Origin: Cirrosporium novae-zelandiae
Lineage: Eukaryota
Assembly (NCBI GenBank): GCA_026023565.1
Contig: JAPETS010000021.1
Location: 372,001 to 436,000 of the forward strand
DNA: 64,000 nucleotides
Direction: 5' to 3'
The position numbers were made by a program, and so were the translations under genes. This document shows, in pieces, positions 1-12,271 of this stretch. How positions within the stretch are numbered: position 1 is the stretch's first letter; the number at the start of each line of letters is the position of its first letter. The notes under the pieces were generated by a model. That model did no database searches and had not been told where the DNA came from. It was given only the letters and a program-made list of their open reading frames with translations.

Positions 1-1693
1 GACTAAGATTTCTTGCGGATAATTTTGACAGGTCGAGGTGTAGAAATGGAATATCTAAGTAGCCAGAGCCTAAAACTTCTCGATATTGGTCCCAAGAATT
101 TGATACGATAAAGCTCCAAGGGTTTAACCGTAGACAGTCCTCAACTAGATGGGATATATTTTCCATGATCGGAGCTAGAATTCCTTCCCCTCGGTCGGAG
201 TCCGAGAGGAGCTTTTGTAATAGAATTTCTGATAGGCTTCGGTTATATTTACGATAACCACTCAACTCTTTCCAATAGATCCGTAATAGCAAAAGCCAGA
301 CAGGTAATTTATCATCACTGGAACGTTCAAACGAGACCAAGAGCCATTCAAGATAGTGATCTTGGTCTACAAGGTGTTCAAAGTATAGATGTGTAGCTAG
401 TTTTAAGCTGGAATCCATGAGTTAAGCCTATTGCACTGAAACTAAAATAATGTAGGACTACTTACGTATACTGAATCTTGGTACGCCAATCATTTGAGCC
501 ACAGCAGGATATAGCATTCTCGACTGACTGTTCAACGCAGATCGTCCAATCTCTGATCCATTTGGCATCTCCGCCTTGAACGAAAGTACCACTAGCACCT
601 TTACGACGAAATGCGCGAATTTCATTGGCGCCAACGCACCTTGCCAGCCATACAGCTCTCGCAATAGGAATACTTTTACTTAAACAGTGATCAAGTAAAC
701 CTTTTCCTCTGATACCATGTGGTATCGTTCGGCTAAGCCGTCGAAGGGGAACTACAGGGGAGGCAAGATCTCGAAGCCAAGCTTCACGTCTGCTATCGGT
801 AAGGGTGACTCGCGGGGGCGGTTTGAAAGAGGAAGGCTCTATAACTCGACCTTGCGAATCCCTTTGTTGCAAAGCAGCAGAAAGCAAAATGGATAGATTT
901 TGTAATCCAGCCTTGTGTTTCAGATTACGGTATATTATAGGTCTTGCTGTCGAGCACTCATCGTTGGAAACTTTTATCTTGTCGTAGAACCCTGTTTTGA
1001 TAACCTGATCGTTGAAAGTGTCCTCAAGGGTTTCTCCAGTCCACGGTGAGAAGTCGGTCGGCTCTTATAAAATAGGTATAGTTAGTGATACTGATAAGAT
1101 AGAAATCGGAGGGGGCTATAGATCAACATACTATTTCTACGATACTGTGGCGCAATTAATGGCATCTCAAAGACGAAGGGTATTTGCGGAACTTTACCAC
1201 GTGGTAAAGTCGTGTTTTCTTTAACTTTAGGCTTTTGTCTTTCCGGTCCGGATGTAAAAGCCCAAGGATGGCTCGGTAATGGTGGAAGCTCTTCTTCCTC
1301 TTGGTTTTTGAATATATCATCTTTGGGTTTCCAATCCTGGCTAGTAGATTCTTCGCTATATCTGGCGAGATGTTCCTCGAAGGTCCATCCAGGCTTCCTC
1401 GCTGAAGGGCCCTTAAGACGGTTTGTCCGGGTAATACTGCCCAATGTGCTGGTTGGAGAAGTTATCATTGATGCATCTCGGGAGTAATCAACTTTTTGGT
1501 GTTTCGGCTGTAGGTGAACTTCATAAGCGATTATATCTCCATCGGTCAAGTCTATTACGGGGATTTGCCCTGGAGTGAGCGTCGAGGATTCCACCCTGTT
1601 CCGTGTAAGCTGTCTAGCGGTATGCTGAACCCCTCTAGCAGGTTTAGAGGCATGATATCTCTGAGTTCCCGGTAAAGAAGGATGACTTGTCAT
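1..1693 (-). CDS. MED12: Mediator kinase-module subunit Med12/Srb8, N-terminal part; spliced; runs off the window's left edge
   Basis: Med12 domain motif FKPPPRVTLTDSRREAWLRDLASPVVPLRRLSRTIPHGIRGKGLLDHCLSKSIPIARAVWLARCVGANE in ORF 462..887. An upstream exon encodes PTDFSPWTG. ATG at 1693. Confidence 0.9.
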
Positions 1694-2007
1694 TGCATGG
1701 ACATTATGCGCAGTGATGCTGATTTGGGAAGTAAGGTTAAGAACGCTAAGCGCGGGCCCCGAACCAGCAAGCGCCCAACAGTGGTGGAACCCAAAAATAA
1801 GAGTAAGTACTGTACATCAGTCTCTATTTTCTATTTTTCTTAAAGACCTCGCCCAAATATTGAACTGCAAAAATCGAGTTTCATTTTTGCAATTTGTATG
1901 TTACCAAGTAGATCCTCCTAGTTTTAACACTACTCTAACAGGTATTAGACTACATTACCTCCTATTCATTCAAGCTTCAAGACCGCTTATTGATAATCGT
2001 CATCATT

Positions 2008-2758
2008 ATGGCTACACAAAAGAACATGCGTCGGGCGGATCTCGGTGGGTCTCTGTCAATTAATGTCATTATAGAGTACATCATGCTCAAATATTCAATA
2101 GTGATTCCATATGTTGAACCTTCTAAGGATGAGTCAAAGTCTGATTTGAGTGGTGAGCAAGATATAAATTTAGGATGTTGTTGCTATCTTAACAAAGCTT
2201 TCCTAGGAACAATGTCAAGCACTCTACCGATGGCAGCTGTAAGTAGTTTCCTGTGATTTCAAGAATATAAAAAACTAACAACCTTTCAGATGTTTACCAG
2301 AAATAAGTATATCCAAAACAATAATCATAAACTTAGAGTTTTCTACTAAATAATTGTCTTGAAGATCAATCGCATGGTTTGCAATTTGAAAGCCCTTAGT
2401 TTAGATATTCGAACTCACTTTTATAGGGCTGCTGTGTTTGTATCCCTCCAGAACTGGCTTGGAGAGACAGCAGAACAGAAGAAAGGCTCGAGTACTCCGG
2501 GGTATTTTGGATTTGGCATGTCGAGTAAGTTGACTGGTGGCCTTTTAATTTCAACATACTAATCTAACTGTGAACTCCAGTTATGTCTGTCGTGGTGGTA
2601 TGTAATACCATCCTGGATCGTTCCAACTTCATGTTGGGATTCCGAATTCTCTTTAGTGCTTACGGAATTTGCAGACATATCTTCCTCTGTTTTTGCCGCC
2701 GCCTGCGAATCGGAGGGTGACAGCGACAGAAGCTCCAGGTCCAATTACGCTGCCTTAA
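2008..2758 (+). CDS. PAT-complex Asterix / YPR063C (UPF0139)-like small ER membrane protein, 8 exons
   Basis: Manual splicing of 2008-2044, 2102-2152, 2207-2238, 2290-2306, 2365-2376, 2427-2524, 2581-2597, 2675-2758 gives an open frame: MATQKNMRRADLVIPYVEPSKDESKSDLSGTMSSTLPMAAMFTRNKSIAWAAVFVSLQNWLGETAEQKKGSSTPGYFGFGMSIMSVVVTYLPLFLPPPANRRVTATEAPGPITLP*. All introns are GT-AG. Confidence 0.8.
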
Positions 2759-3143
2759 ATTTGTAGTCATGATGGTGTCTATGAAATGTTAGAGAGTCGC
2801 TACTACTACCCAAATTTCCTATACTAGAACCAATAGCCTCGATACCTTTGGAGTTCTCGACCTAGGGTGTTAAAAATAAAAATCCTTCGTTTAATTTTCT
2901 CTCTCAGCCGTAACTCGACGTGGAAATATTTATGTGGATCAAGCTACTTGCATGTTTACGAAAGTTTTGTCTACATTTTACACTTAGCAAGGTTCTATCT
3001 TTAAGAAAAGTGCCGCCATCAGATATCACGCCAAAATAACAAGGAGAACAATGGGACGTTATGGTTTAAAAGTATACAAATCAATGTTCCATTACAGTAA
3101 ATGGTATGGGGAAGCAACTTTTCTTTTCTACATTGTCTTGCTA

Positions 3144-3986
3144 TTATTGATCCTGGAATTTCTCGTCTTGGTCAACGTTTTCTTGCTCCTCTTTTACTCC
3201 ATTTGTAGCCCATACTCTGCTGATACACAATTCAAATGGTCCCGGGATCCTATTGGTCAACCCAATGCCCACAGTCCTAACTTTCTGTCTTAACATTTCC
3301 GTCTGGGGCTCCACAACAAAGCCATGATTTGTTCTCACAAATTCGTGCCACTTGATCAACACAGTCTCCCATTGTCCTGGCGTCTTTGCAAATAGCCGGT
3401 GTTGGTGCAAGTCTGTAGCTACTACTGAGTCCGTCTGCACGTTCACCAAGTATTTTCTCCCGTCAGATTTGATCCGTAACGCAAGGTATGTGTAACGGTC
3501 AATATCCCAGTAGGACTTTCCAAAAATAGTTGAAGGGCGGTCCAAGTTTCTCCAGGCAGCATAACCTGTTCTCTGAATATCTGGTCGGTTTGGTGGTAGA
3601 TCAATTGAAATGCTACCATAGAATTTTGCATGCGCAGGTTCGCTGGCGCAGCTAGGGACATGCTCTAGAATAGAATTCGAGAACCCCCCAGTAGAAGCAT
3701 CCGAGAAGGTTTTACAGGCTTCAACGGCATCCGAGTCGGTAAAGTCGAGAAGATATAACGGCTTTGTAGGCGCTTTCAAGCCTTCCATAGACAGAGCTAG
3801 AAGGAACTCTGGGTCAGCTATGGACGGGACGGCATGAAAGCCCAACCAACGTGAAGGATTCAACGAAGGGGAAGAAGACGATATCTTGTAAGGGAAACAC
3901 AACGTACCAAATTTCGAAAGTCTCTTGAATTCATCGAGACTGCGTCGGAAAAAGCCCGCATTCAAGCATTGTGCAGAGGTTCTCAT
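3144..3986 (-). CDS. CIA30: Complex I intermediate-associated protein 30 (CIA30/NDUFAF1)
   Basis: Motifs SDASTGGFS, RTGYAAWR, YLALRIKSDGRKYLVNVQT, LHQHRLF and GPFELCISRVWATN. Probable in-frame 111-nt intron at 3797-3907. Confidence 0.9.
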   Translation of the reverse strand: MRTSAQCLNAGFFRRSLDEFKRLSKFGTLCFPYKISSSSPSLNPSRWLGFHAVPSIADPEFLLALSMEGLKAPTKPLYLLDFTDSDAVEACKTFSDASTGGFSNSILEHVPSCASEPAHAKFYGSISIDLPPNRPDIQRTGYAAWRNLDRPSTIFGKSYWDIDRYTYLALRIKSDGRKYLVNVQTDSVVATDLHQHRLFAKTPGQWETVLIKWHEFVRTNHGFVVEPQTEMLRQKVRTVGIGLTNRIPGPFELCISRVWATNGVKEEQENVDQDEKFQDQ

Positions 3987-5067
3987 ATTGAGGATATTAA
4001 ATAATAGACGAATTTAATAGATGCAAGAACCTAATATTCAAGTTAGAAGGATAACAATGCTTGAAATGACCCAGTTTTAGTTCTTTTGGATAAAATATGA
4101 GGTTCCCAAGGAACCCATGATAACATCAGATAAGATCAAGTTACCTCTAAAGAATGCATTTCTTCATCATTCTTCCTCTGACATCAAATTAAGAATTGGT
4201 CCGAGCGCAACTTTGAATGTCGCGGTAAAATAAAACGAGTAGTAAACCCGATGAAGAACCGGTGTATTATGGCAGAAATAACTAGAAATAACAGTCTCAC
4301 AAGTCCTATGATGCACACATTAAACAGCACATGATCCAAAAAAAGCGTCCAAAGTTAGAGGTCAAAGATGGTGTAGGAGTGGTAACGAACGCTGCAAAGG
4401 CACTTCATGTCAATCATTAAAAACATATTCTAATATGAGATGATGGAAAATGACACTATCAAGTTGCACAGTCAATTCCAAAAGCCTCCTATGTCCCACA
4501 GCTATGTTTATTCTTTTGATGCGTGGAAATGAAAGTGACCTAAGGGAGGTCTTCAAACAAAATCTATTTTCAGTGAAAATCCATCTGATTTATAACCCAA
4601 CTTTACTCCAAGGCCTCCCTCTCCGAAAGCTTGGAGAGCAACAATCTGTTTTGGATAAAAATTAATTTAAGTTATAATCTGATTTGTTTGAAAGTTTAGC
4701 CGCTTTTATTCCTACCTATTGAGAGTAGACCTATGCCTTAACTAAAAGCCTAATTGCTTCCCTTTCTCTATTTTCATTGCGAACCGAATCATCGGTCTTA
4801 GCTTTAGCGTACTCTCCACCAGCGACACAAATTTTACCCTTCACCTTCCCTATTCTCCTCTTCACCTTCCTTCTCATCACTTTCTTCCTTGTCTCTTCTT
4901 AACTTACCCTCGATAGCATCGAGTACACCCTTGCCATTCTAGTAATCTCCTCCCCTCATCCATATTCTGCGCCACTTTGCCTTCAATCTGAAGTCCCTAA
5001 GCCAAAGACATATTTTCATCTGAGGTCTACAACATTCATCTACAATATTAATCCTTTATTATCCACA

Positions 5068-8000
5068 ATGGAACATAATACTCCTAATAAGGAACCAGGT
5101 GATAATCACAGCGTTAAACCTCTTCCCATAATGCCTAAAACTACTCCGGGCTATGAGCCATCACCAGCAAGCACCTATGGCGAAACTATGGCTGGGGGAA
5201 GCTCACCTATCACACCTTTCGACGACGCTCAACGAGGTAAGTTGATTTATCTTTCAATCTTTACGTCGCATCCTTATCTTAATATACACGCATTCGTTTT
5301 TACTTCCTCATGTTCCATTTCCTTGACCTCGATTCTTCTCAAGATGTCCAAGTTACAATCTAGCCTGCTAAACTATACTCTATCGAATGTTTTAACTTAG
5401 ATACTGTTTCTAATTTTGATTGTGGGTGAGGGAGAAATTTGATGTGAATTTTTGTTTCATGAGACTGCTGAATCTTCAACTGGTTTAACTTTCTCATGGC
5501 TACTCGATTTTCAAGGCTACTCAATTTTCAAGGCTACTCAATTTTCAAGGCTACTCAATTTTCAAGGCTACTCAATTTTCAAGGCTACTCAATTTTCAAG
5601 GCTATTGTTTTCTATTTCTCTAAAAGTTGATCTTCTTTGCCTAAATTTATGTTCGGACATCTTCGCCCCTTCTCTTTGATCTGTCATTATTTTATTGCTC
5701 ACAACTTTCGACCCAAGGATCTCAAAGATCTGGTTCTAATATCTTCTCATGCTGGGTTGATATAACCCTGGCGTTGTAGTGGTAATTTCAAATTATTTAC
5801 TGACCTTCATTTTTGCAATAGACTCTTCTCCCAAAACTACTCGGTCCTTCAATGCCCTAAACCTTAACAATCGCTCGTCTCCTGGCGGAAGTATTCGAAG
5901 TATTCCTGGTCATCGATTCAGCGACAGCAGTCATAATATTACTGTTCCTAGCTCTCCTTCCAATCATGCACGAGCTCGTGGATCTACTAGCGCTTCCTTA
6001 AGCTTTATTGACTCTCCGACCCAGCTCCTTGAATGGCGTTCGCGTAAGAATGCTAATATAAGCCCTACTGAGTTAGAATGGCGAAGAAGTGTGAAAATTA
6101 CGGAGTCAGGACGCGAGAATCAACAAGATGACCCTTTCATGTCTCCATCTCATGGCAGTCGCCAAAGGCTAGCAGCAGCACATGAAAGCACCCCAAATTG
6201 CAGGCGAATTTTTGTACCCTGCCCATCGGAGACCGCTGGGTTGTCCTCGTCGGATAGTAAGATAAATAATAACCAGGATGAAGCAACACTGAGAGGGCCT
6301 ATATTCTCTCCCCGTGAGGATCGAGCTAAACAACAAGCATCTTCTGAGAATGCACAGGGGCTCTTCCCCCCGGATGCATGTGTCTTCGTCGCTAAGTAAG
6401 TGTCAATGATTTGATATCTCGTGTCCGATATTATATTAATATGTTCTCTAGCCTTGCCTCCTCTAAGACAGATGACCAACTAGAGCACTCGGTCCGAGAC
6501 GTTTTCAGTCAATACGGAAACGTCTACGTTAAAATTCGCCGTGATCAAGCTGGAATGCCTTACGCCTTCTGTCAATATGAGGTAATGATCAGTTAATCTT
6601 ACATGAATCAACTAACAATCCATGCAGAAAGCGGAAGATGCAAAATTAGCGATCAATGAAGGTCGGGGAATCGTTATCGACGGTCGTCCTTGCCGCACTG
6701 AGCATGCCAAAGCACCCCGTAAGTATATTCTTGCCTTACTTTATATGTGCTCACAATAGATCTTTTTGCAGGTGCAGTCTATCTAACTCGAGTTACTGGC
6801 GGCCCCATTACTGAGAGGGAAGCACGGGATGTGCTTGAACTCTACGGTGCGATTGAGGAAGTATGGCACCCAAGTCCAACTGACTCGGTAATTTATCGTC
6901 TCCCTGAAGGAATAATGATTAGATTTCACTATTTTCAAGATTGCCGTGATGCCCAGGCAGCTCTTCGGGACAATCAGACCTGGAGACTGGAGGCCCCCCA
7001 GGTGCCAGCTGAACATGCAATGTGGAAGGCGAGGCGTGTCTCTGAATCGCCATTCTTTTCTCGATTAGCTGCTCGCCGTAATCAAACAAATAGCCATCAG
7101 CTCACAATACCCCCAGCAAGAGATCGTCCGAATTTTCGGGAAGGTCTCAGCCGACACAACTGGGTTACGGTCAACCATGTTCCTGAAAATGTCAACGAGA
7201 CCGGAGTTGCAGCAATCTTTGGTATGTTTGGGACCATTGCGGATATCGAGATACAGTCTGAGAGCAATGAGACCGGTAATATAAACTAGAATTTATTCCA
7301 AACCTCTGTCTAATACTTAGCCTCTAGGGATGAACTTAGCCAATATCGAATATGAAACCTATGAGGCTGCACGGCTAGCCATTCAAGAGAACGTAAGTCA
7401 CGAATTCAAACTGCAATGCGCGTTTCAACCCTAACTAGCTTTTAGCATCCAGAGTACTGGGGACACCCGATTCGTGTTAGCCCTAGGCCGATTCACGGTT
7501 TCCAGGCAACGCGGGGACGTCAGGAACTTTCATCCGGCAGTCCAAATGGTCAACCTTGTGCACAGCCATCTATTAGCCATCTTGATCAAGGTTCACGGGT
7601 ATCAATGACCAGGCGTCGCATCTACTCTCATCTCATGAGTCGTGCCTATACCCTAGGCCTTTCGCGTGAAGAAGCACTTGCAATTTTGGACCTTGAAGCC
7701 ACATATAACTATCCACCCCGTAGCTTCTATGGTGGTCCAACAGGAGCATACGCACAGCTTCAATATGTTCCTTCAATGAATTACTGGGGCAATGGTGCAA
7801 TTTCAACCACGCAGAACAACGTAGGAATGATAACATCAACCAACGTCCAACCTCAACATGCTTATCATCCGGGCCAATCATATATACAAAGCAGTCAGGG
7901 ATCTCGGCCCTCCGGAGGCAATCATCTTAGTATGGTTGCACGTCGCTTAGCGGCACATCATATGGCTCAGGCTACCGCAAACGTCAGTGCACAAAATGCC

Positions 8001-8216
8001 CAACAAAGTCAAACAGCAAACACTTATCTATCAAGTTTGTATTTGCCGAGCCCAAACATAGCACCCGGCTCAAATGGGCTGTACATCCCATCAGTTTCAT
8101 TAGACCCTACTCAAACCTTAAATGCATTCACATTTCAACAGAATAACCAAAATCAGCAAAACCCTGCTCAGAATCCTCCACATATTCTAAATGCAGATGA
8201 ATCATCTAAGCTTTAA
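5068..8216 (+). CDS. Three-RRM RNA-binding protein, Rim4/Msa1-like, with Q/N-rich low-complexity C-terminus; multi-exon
   Basis: Spliced RRM1 (FPPDACVFVANLASSKTDDQLEHSVRDVFSQYGNVYVKIRRDQAGMPYAFCQYE), RRM2 (6770-7000) and RRM3 (7150-7490). The tail includes FQQNNQNQQNPAQN. Confidence 0.7.
5498..5604 (+). repeat. Tandem minisatellite, 17-bp unit GGCTACTCAATTTTCAA, about 6.3 copies
   Basis: Directly visible. The first copy has one A>G change. It lies inside intron 5237-5821 of the RRM gene. Confidence 0.95.
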
Positions 8217-9864
8217 CTACTTCCACACCTCTTCGACGGCATTCAAGCTCTTTGAGTTCAATGGTCAATCGTGTCACCTTGTGAACAAGAACATCGAAAA
8301 CCCCTTTCCAAAGGAATCCCAACGATCCTGAGTCAGATAAAATACCGTGTCTCGTGAATGGTCCTGCCTTGCAAACATGTTTCCCTCCACAGTCATCCGA
8401 GAAGCGAGAACTTTTTTTTTACGAGTTGTGTACGATACTTATCTGGGTGTTACGCGAGTACGAAGCTCTCATAGTGTATAGTTCACTTTCTCTACTGCTA
8501 AACGCAGATTTTCGAGCTCCTAGTTGCCGAAAAGAGGCTGCCTAGACCGCCCTCTCCTGAACTAGCTTGCTTTATTCTCAATCTGTTATCGAACGACAAT
8601 CGTACCCATTTTCATAGCACGTCTTGTATACTTATTCTCGATATTTTTTTCGCTTAGTCATTAATCGCTTCAGTATGTTGACCCCATTTATGCTCCCAAA
8701 TAATCCAGTGGTCATCGTCGCTAACATTGACTCCGTCAAATTAGCATCTGGAGATACCGGATCTATTCGAGTGAGTATATGGTGGCTTTATCTGAACTCG
8801 GTGTTTACTGCCTAATACTACGCTAATACTCCAATGAACTATCTCTCCTATGTCTATGGCCGTGTTTTGTCCTTTTAATAAAAGTCGAACATTCCTTATT
8901 CACAAAAGTTTTTCGCGGACGAAACGCAATAAGTTCTTTTTTACTTCTAACTATATTCACTCCTTCATTTCTACACAGATGATGTTTTTAGTAGCATCAA
9001 CAAAAATGTCTTAATTGTATTATGGGTGTCCAATGGTCAATTTATTTGCTGAAGCTCGGAGAATATTGACATAAGAAGGATGTTCATGATACTATTGCAA
9101 TGTTGAAGATGTGTGTATCTAGCCTTCGGCCTCGCCCGCCGCTATTTGAGCTCTTACATAGATTCAATTTGAACGAATACCTGAATTCCTCGTTCTTATC
9201 TATTAGATATTTTGAAAGTTGCGACCCTCGGAAATCTAGGCGTTGCCTAAAAGATCCTATAATTTTGAACGTTTACGAACTCAGTACGGGATTTAGGTCT
9301 GGGGAAGCATCGGTGTAAAAATCTAGCAGTATTATAAACAATAAAATATTCCGTCTTTCTTGATGTCAGCATGAACGACCTAAACTTAAAGCTTTCAGAG
9401 CCAATGTGATTACATTGAATCAAAAGATCTAGATAGGCAGTATGGGATTAAATTACATTCTCTAGGGCTTTCCTTTGTCTACAACACAACTCTACTATAA
9501 ACACTAAATAATCCCCTAAAATATCGCGAACCTACTTAAATTTTATCCCAGAGGGAGCATATGGGCTTTTTCGGAATGTTGAATCCGTTTTTATTCTATC
9601 CGGGTTTGATTTTTTGTTTGCAAAGCTAAGGTAGGTATCTATGAGATTTGTCTATAAGACTAATGCTCAACTAATGGACCCTATCCATTCTATAGCATTT
9701 TCATCGTTTATACTTTTGAACTTTTAATGTGTATACCAATGTTAACAAGATGAGAAAGGGGAAAGAAAAGAGGGTATTCGACCGGAGGGAGCACAAGCCA
9801 TTTGAGAAACAAAACAAGTTGTCATCGTTTGGTCAATATCGAGTTGAAAGGAATCCCTGACCAC

Positions 9865-11198
9865 CTAAGCCATCCGTTCCTGCCCCGTGTCTCCCATTCG
9901 ACTTCCCCACGCACTCTACGTTCGCAGGTTAGTCACCCTTCCAGATAGGACCTCTTCAGAAGCACTCACCACATGTAAAGTGAAGAGAGCATAGTACTTA
10001 ATCAACCCATGCAAATACCCGAAAACGATCGTCACAGGGATCATAAAGATATCTGAAGGATGTCTTGCAAAATGAGGGAGAAGCTTAGTCACTTTGGTAA
10101 TCAGTAACCAAAACAAAAAGAGATGAATATACCGCCGGCGGTCATTAGCATCTTCGATACTAGTGTAAAGAAGAAAGAACATAAGGAGGTCATGAATGAG
10201 AGAGTGCGTAAACATGGAGAAGTAAAGAGAATATACACACCAGAGTTGTCTGCGCCAGACGTGACGCTCGTAAATCAAGCTTGTAATATTGCTGCGCCAA
10301 TTACTTCGAGCCCATCGCAGACATTGATGGAGAAACTTGGGGTTTGTTTCTAAGGTTGTAAGAAGTTCTGCCTCCCGAGCAGCCTGTATTTGGATATTCC
10401 AGGCATTCGAAACCAAGAAACGAGTCACGTAGTTGTCATCGTCCGGCTTCAGTTGCCTCCCGAGCCACCTTTCGTTGGCGTAACCCAAGAGGAATTCATT
10501 GCTCTGGATTATTCCAGTGCGGATACCCGAGGTACGGCCGGATAGGCACGAAATTCCCCCGTCAATGTGGGAAGTCGCCGAAATTTCAAAGTTACGTCGT
10601 TCAATGTAGCAGGCTCCAAGGTACTGCCAGATCGTCCCCATCGTCCCCAAGTCATGTCTGTGTCGAACACACTGAAAAGTACCGACAGCCCCAACATTCC
10701 CATCCTCGAATGGTGCAAGAACATATCGTAAAAGGGTCTGAGGCCAAATCACATCATCATCAGCGAGCACAGTGATCCTTGTGCGAACTTTAGGGATAGC
10801 ATGGCACAGCTGGTGTCTTTTATTGGCGTAGCCAATCGATAGGACCTGGATTTGTGAGTCAATCGCTTTAACTAACCTGGCAAGTCGTTCTCTTTCAATG
10901 TTAACTGTGACAATCATAATTGCCCAAGGTTTTGTCCTGAGACAGCTGATGATGCATTCATGCAGTCTCCAATCATCTTCGACCCTACCAGTTGTTGGGA
11001 TAATAATGGTAACATCTTCTGGAAAGTATGTAGGCTTCTCTGGTAAAGGATAAGGTTTAAAGGTCCAGGACGACAAGCAATTAACCACAAAGCGGATATA
11101 TCGATAGAGCCTGGATACTTGTCAGCATTAATAAGTATATCTTCTTCCATATAGGCAATTTACCAGATAATTGTGAACAGACGAAATGAAGGAGTCAT
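9865..11198 (-). CDS. GT2 glycosyltransferase, Cps1-like (hyaluronan-synthase-like polysaccharide synthase)
   Basis: Motifs VTIIIPT, ADDDVIWP, SCLSGRT, DDDNYVTR and QCLRWARSNWR (QxxRW), C-terminal TM helices, and a spliced ending SAWGSR. Short first exon MTPSFRLFTIIW starts at 11198. Confidence 0.85.
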
Positions 11199-12271
11199 TT
11201 TGTCTGTTTATAAGTATCCTAAACAATAATTTCAGATGGGATTCTGGGCAATGACATGAAATATAAACACAGACAGACGCATCTGCATATTTTCATAGTG
11301 AATAAAGCTTCCATAGTGGATCAAGCTCATGGAGATAAGGATAAAAATCTTGTTAGTATTTGTGGTAGAGGTGCATATAAAGATGTATCTTCATTCACCT
11401 GAGTGAATATGGTTGACAAAGCTGCTTGCCTTAAGGAAAATATCTGCCACTGGTATTTCCTAATTAATTTACCTGGAAGGATCCCAAACCTCTTAAATTT
11501 TAAAGGCACTAGAAAAAATCGACAACTAGTCTAAAGCTCAGATAGTTTATGGACGGGTTGATTGAGTAATTGATTCATCGCGTGGCTGTATCTATTGTGT
11601 ATATAGGCCAATTCCCACTCGGATGTTCAGAACAGTCTTGGGCTTTTGACTATTCGATTGAGTTAAGGCACTTTTGTCCCATGTTCAAATAGATATCATA
11701 GATAATGCAGGCTGAAGTTTAAAATCCAAGGTGTCGTGGGTGCGAACGAACTGCAAATATATTTACTAAGTAGGACTGTAGCTAGTGGCGCATGGATCAC
11801 CCGACCATCTACTCGAGTATCTAATCTAAGCGTGGTTTAAGCTAGGATCTCTTGGAGCCATGACCCATGTCACATGGGCCATGTGCCATTGGTCTGCCAT
11901 TTCAAATTTCTTTTAGACCGCAAGGTTGCTTTTATTCTAGAAACGGAAACATAGTACAGTAAAACTCGGATGATGAAAGGTTACATTAAAGTTACCTACA
12001 CATTTTACCGAGTAAGACCCGTTAATACAATACTTTGTATCCACAAAGCACCAATGTAGTATGACAGGATAGTAAGTGGGCAGATGATCTAAAATAGGAA
12101 AAGGTGAGAGAAATTTTAATGCATAGTCGCTTATATATTTGTATATATTCCTCCCTCGCCTTTGTTGTACCTGTTGTATTCTATTTAACTCCAGCTCATC
12201 ATTAGCTTTTGCTTTCCGACTTCTTTGAGTTTCTTGCACCCCAACGTTATTGGATCGGGCGTTTTGATATC

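Noticed and set aside
3797..3907. Apparent 37-aa insertion in CIA30
   Set aside because: It has GTACGT, GCTGAC and TAG signals, so it is a stop-free in-frame intron.
5452..5679. 75-aa ORF with repeated FQGYSIFKATQFSRLL; the repeat could be mistaken for a CRISPR array
   Set aside because: It is the translation of the intronic minisatellite. The units abut with no spacers, there are no cas genes, and the DNA is eukaryotic.
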